This document shows positions 60,400 through 64,000 of a stretch of 64,000 nt of DNA, piece after piece. A model generated the notes under the pieces. That model ran no database searches. It worked only from the letters and a program-made list of their open reading frames with translations, and was not told the DNA's origin. This DNA comes from Bacteroidia bacterium (GTDB lineage: Bacteria > Bacteroidota > Bacteroidia > UKL13-3): the NCBI GenBank assembly GCA_014376805.1, contig JACMQU010000178.1, positions 69,181 through 133,180 of the forward strand. Direction: 5' to 3'. The stretch's first letter is position 1. Each line of letters begins with the position of its first letter. A program made the translations under genes and the position numbers.

Positions 60400-61143
60400 C
60401 TATTCATAGATTCCGGTATATCTGTCCATCATTATTGATGCAGCTATGGCTGCATTAAGGCTTTCTGCTGAACCTACTTTTGGGATACTGATAGTTTGAT
60501 GAATAAAAGTTTTTAAACCATCACTTATTCCTGATCCTTCGTTACCTATAACTAGTATTACATCTTTTGGAAAAGTATATTTATGTGCAGATATACCTTC
60601 TAAACCAGCAGCCAAAATAGGTTGTTTCATTTTAGGCAGCCATTCTGGCAAATCAACATAATATAAATTTACCCGGCAGATAGATCCCATTGTTGCCTGT
60701 ACTACTTTCGGATTGTAGCAATCTGCAGTTTGTTTAGAGCACAATATGTTTTTGATCCCATACCAGTCGGCAACACGTATAATAGTACCCAGGTTGCCAG
60801 GGTCTTGCAGGGTGTCTAATACAATGGTCATCCCTTTAAACAGGTTTACATCAGGTAACAGTTCGGGTATTTTACATAACGCAATTACTTCTCTACTGCT
60901 TTGTAAATTACTTAAATGAGTCATTTCAATTTGGCTTACAAGGGTTATTTCAGTATTTTTACCCACAAGGTTTGCAAATAAATTTAACCAGTTTTCATTG
61001 GTGTATAATCTTGTTACGTTTATTTTTGAACGCAAAAGATCAATAACCGATTTGTTTCCCTCAGCAACAAATAGCTTATTTGCATACCGGTTACTTTTTT
61101 CATTTAACGATTTAACAAATTTAATGTCGGCTTTGGTTAACAT
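60400..61143 (-). CDS. TrmH/SpoU-family RNA methyltransferase
   Basis: FVAEG, QDPGNLGTIIR, GNEGSG and AESLNAAIA. Start MLTKADIK at 61143. Confidence 0.92.
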   Translation of the reverse strand: MLTKADIKFVKSLNEKSNRYANKLFVAEGNKSVIDLLRSKINVTRLYTNENWLNLFANLVGKNTEITLVSQIEMTHLSNLQSSREVIALCKIPELLPDVNLFKGMTIVLDTLQDPGNLGTIIRVADWYGIKNILCSKQTADCYNPKVVQATMGSICRVNLYYVDLPEWLPKMKQPILAAGLEGISAHKYTFPKDVILVIGNEGSGISDGLKTFIHQTISIPKVGSAESLNAAIAASIMMDRYTGIYE

Positions 61144-63439
61144 ACGTATTCCTTTATTTTTTATTTTGCTAGTACTTGTTTTGGCATCATGCAATTTAAA
61201 AAAAGAAGCCAGAAAAGAGGGGATGTATTTGTATAAAAACAAAGTTACAATTAAAGAGGCAAATGATGCCCGTTTTTTTTCTGGCGGATTAGAAGCCTAC
61301 ATTAAACAAAGACCTAATAAACGATTTTTAGGTACTATTAGAATTGGTCTTTATTTATATAAAGCAGGATCCAAAAACGATAAATGGCTTAGTCGTACAT
61401 TACGTTATAAGTTAGGTGAGGCTCCGGTAATTCTGGATTCGGCTTTAATTGAAACGAGTGTAAAGGGCATGCGAACCTATTTAAGAACAAAAGGTTATTA
61501 TTATCCCGGAATAACATATACAGTTGATGGTGAAATTCATAAAGGTAGGGTAATTTATAAAGTTAGTCTTAACAAAGCATACCATATAAGCCATGTATAT
61601 TACCATATCGCAGATGGGCACATTGATTCTTTGATACGATCAAAAAGGGATGAAAGTTTTATAAGAAACGGTAATCAGCTTAAGCAGGAAAATCTATTGA
61701 AAGAACAAACCCGGTTAAGTGATTTGTTAAGGAACCATGGCTACTATACTTTTAATAAAGATCTGATAAAATTTGATATGGATACAGCAGAGGGTAATTA
61801 TTATGCTTCAGTTGGGATCAATATTAACAATGAGGAAAACTTTGAAACTTACAAAACATACAAGGTTAACAAAGTAACTATAGAAATTGATAAGCAGGGT
61901 ACAGATAATTCTGAAAAAATAAAAGATACTTTTAACCTCAGGCGATTTGTTTATATACCACATCACTTCCCTTTAAATCCGGATGTACTGGATCGTACAT
62001 TATTTATAGATACCAACACCCTTTTTAGGCAGGATAGATCTACTGCAACATTTAATCGATTAAACGATTTGCAAATATTTAAAACTGTTAATATTAGTGC
62101 TGTTACGTATAATGAAAAAACGGATAGTGCCGAACTTAATTTTCAGATTAAATTAACGCCTTCCAAAAAATATGACCTTATTTTTGAACCACAGGCGATA
62201 ACTACAGATCAGGCTAACCTTGCAGGTTATTCTACTTTACGAAATTACGGACTTGCTTCACAGGTTACATTGAGTAATAAAAACATTTTTCATAATGCAG
62301 AAATATTGCAATTAAGGTACCGGGCTTCTATTGAAGCACAGAGGGGTGCAAATATACCTACAAGGCCTTTTTTTAATAGTTTTGAAAATAGTTTAAGCGC
62401 AAGTCTTACATTTCCAAGGCTCATTTTTTTTGAACGCATAGACCGTCTGCTTTATAAATTTACAAACAAAAGCGTTATATCTGCTTCTTCCATTTATGAA
62501 AGGAATGTGGATTGGATCAGGAATGTATATACGGTGGGTTTCAGCTATCAGTTTAACCGTAAAAAAACGAAATTCAGTTATTCACCTTTAGAAATAAGTT
62601 ATATTAAAACAGATTTTAACAATGAAAATTTGGCACAACAAAGTAAAAATGATCCGTATTTACAAAGTGTGTTTAATAATAACCTGATTACTGACATGAG
62701 GTTTGGTGTTATATTTAACAATCAAACAGAACTTAAACGAAAAGATTTTTTTTATTTCAGATGTGATCTGGAATTTGCCGGATTTTTGCTTAATAAGGCA
62801 TATGATGTTTTAAATGTGAAAGCCAACGATAGCGGATACAGGAGCTTTTTGGGCGTTAAATATTTTCAGTATGTGAAAACCTATGCAGAAGTTAGGTTCA
62901 ACAAATACATTGATGACAATAACAGGATTGCTACCCGTTTTGCAATTGGAGTTGCTAATCCGTATGGCAATACGCCGGATTATATACCTTTTGATAAAAG
63001 ATTTTTTACCGGTGGCGCTAACAGTATCCGCGCATTTCTTCCAAGGTCAATTGGGCCCGGCTCTTACAACCATTCGGGGCAGTTAGATAGAAGCGGTGAT
63101 GTTAAACTGGAAACTAATATTGAATTCAGGTTCAATTTATATAATCACTTTCTGGAAGGAGCTTTATTTGGCGATGTTGGTAATATATGGCGAATTAAGG
63201 AAGATGGGAGGGATGAAGCGGCATTTAAATTCAATAGCTTTTATAAGCAATTAGGGGTGGGAACCGGAGCAGGTTTAAGACTTAACCTCGACTTTTTAAT
63301 TTTCAGGGTTGATGCCTCCTTTCCAATCTTTGATCCAAGAAAACCAATAGGCCAGCGCTATGTTTTTAAAAGTTATAGCGATCTGGGTGTGTTATGGGGT
63401 TATACTATTTTTAATTTCGGTGTAGGTTATCCATTTTGA
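61124..63439 (+). CDS. tamL: Omp85-family lipoprotein TamL (translocation and assembly module)
   Basis: Lipobox LVLAS-C, GEAPV POTRA region, FTGGANSIRAF, DVGNIW, GLRLNLDFLIFRVD and C-terminal GYPF. Start at 61124 (ATG) or 61133 (TTG). Confidence 0.8.
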   Translation: MSALVNIRIPLFFILLVLVLASCNLKKEARKEGMYLYKNKVTIKEANDARFFSGGLEAYIKQRPNKRFLGTIRIGLYLYKAGSKNDKWLSRTLRYKLGEAPVILDSALIETSVKGMRTYLRTKGYYYPGITYTVDGEIHKGRVIYKVSLNKAYHISHVYYHIADGHIDSLIRSKRDESFIRNGNQLKQENLLKEQTRLSDLLRNHGYYTFNKDLIKFDMDTAEGNYYASVGININNEENFETYKTYKVNKVTIEIDKQGTDNSEKIKDTFNLRRFVYIPHHFPLNPDVLDRTLFIDTNTLFRQDRSTATFNRLNDLQIFKTVNISAVTYNEKTDSAELNFQIKLTPSKKYDLIFEPQAITTDQANLAGYSTLRNYGLASQVTLSNKNIFHNAEILQLRYRASIEAQRGANIPTRPFFNSFENSLSASLTFPRLIFFERIDRLLYKFTNKSVISASSIYERNVDWIRNVYTVGFSYQFNRKKTKFSYSPLEISYIKTDFNNENLAQQSKNDPYLQSVFNNNLITDMRFGVIFNNQTELKRKDFFYFRCDLEFAGFLLNKAYDVLNVKANDSGYRSFLGVKYFQYVKTYAEVRFNKYIDDNNRIATRFAIGVANPYGNTPDYIPFDKRFFTGGANSIRAFLPRSIGPGSYNHSGQLDRSGDVKLETNIEFRFNLYNHFLEGALFGDVGNIWRIKEDGRDEAAFKFNSFYKQLGVGTGAGLRLNLDFLIFRVDASFPIFDPRKPIGQRYVFKSYSDLGVLWGYTIFNFGVGYPF

Positions 63440-63489
63440 TTTGTTTCAAAAATAAAATACGTTAAATATATCCTTTTTTCAGCGTGTAT

Positions 63490-64000
63490 TTATTCCCGGA
63501 TCAAAGTAACAGTTCCATGCACTATTTTTGGTGAACTCATATTAACCATTTTATATTTGAAAATAAAGAAGTACACACCTGCCGGGCATTCTAGTCCGTT
63601 ATTATAGTTTTTCCCATTCCAGTTATTTCCATCATTACCTAAACCGTCCAGGTCTCCCTTATAAACCAAATCTCCCCAACGGTTATAAATGGTTATATCG
63701 TAGAAATTATATCCTATAATATCAATATCAAAAGCATCATTGTTGTCATCATTATTGGGAGTAAATACATTTGGTATATTTAATCTTAAATCTGATCTGA
63801 GAGTTCTTTTACAGATTGAATCATAACAATCCTGAGCATTAAACGATTTAAGGCAAACTAAAAATGTTCCGGAATCACCTGCATAACTGTGCGTGGGATT
63901 TTCTAGAGTTGAAAAATTTCTGGACCCTGATCTTGGCTGTCCAAAGTCCCATTCATACCTAACTGCGTCTATGGAAAGATTTGCAAATTTGATTAATGGA
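63490..64000 (-). CDS. C-terminus of a T9SS substrate: PKD domain plus type-B (gliding-motility-associated) CTD. Not in the ORF track.
   Basis: Manual translation gives ...YEWDFG...NPTHSY...IPNVFTPNNDDNNDAF...IYNRWGDLVY...WNG...PAGVYF...GTVTLIRE*. The gene starts beyond the window. Confidence 0.9.
   Translation of the reverse strand, partial: PLIKFANLSIDAVRYEWDFGQPRSGSRNFSTLENPTHSYAGDSGTFLVCLKSFNAQDCYDSICKRTLRSDLRLNIPNVFTPNNDDNNDAFDIDIIGYNFYDITIYNRWGDLVYKGDLDGLGNDGNNWNGKNYNNGLECPAGVYFFIFKYKMVNMSSPKIVHGTVTLIRE

Noticed and set aside
660..63086. Many short ORFs in the six-frame track (e.g. 660-947, 1931-2311, 16021-16410, 51427-51744, 55184-55708)
   Set aside because: They are antisense or off-frame shadows of well-supported genes and have no recognisable motifs.
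1..64000. CRISPR arrays, tRNA/rRNA genes, IS elements, integrases, prophage or defence islands
   Set aside because: By eye I saw no periodic repeat-spacer pattern, structural RNA signature, or transposase, recombinase or phage motif. Intergenic spaces are short. A tRNAscan/Infernal run would be needed to be certain.

Overview
This window comes from a Bacteroidota (Bacteroidetes) chromosome. That assignment rests on TAnnTTTG -7 promoter boxes, secreted proteins with Gln at +1 after the signal peptide, a type-B T9SS C-terminal domain, a TamL-type lipoprotein and a C-terminally extended S16. Most of it is densely packed core genome: SNF2 helicase end, pccB, dxr-rseP, tag, purB, rpsP-rimM, an ABC-2/MFS exporter set, grpE-dnaJ, murA, a TPR plus outer-membrane protein pair, a PAP2 plus ArnT-like pair, fabI, thiolase, lon and trmH/tamL. 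One accessory block, a Wzx/Wzy-type surface polysaccharide locus (about 32.6-49.0 kb), carries 3-amino-6-deoxyhexose (FdtA/FdtB-like) genes. I saw no rRNA, tRNA, CRISPR array, integrase or transposase, and I cannot claim a clearly novel multi-gene system. The best leads are: (i) sigma54-type -24/-12 motifs upstream of both grpE-dnaJ and lon, suggesting a sigma54-driven proteostasis regulon; (ii) a tandem pair of paralogous beta-barrel-like proteins ending in Cys-Pro; (iii) a Cys-less TlpA-fold protein after murA; (iv) an FdtA pair in which one copy lacks a catalytic His; and (v) a reversed glycosyltransferase with face-to-face promoter boxes inside the polysaccharide locus. All calls come from reading motifs by eye; no database search was run.
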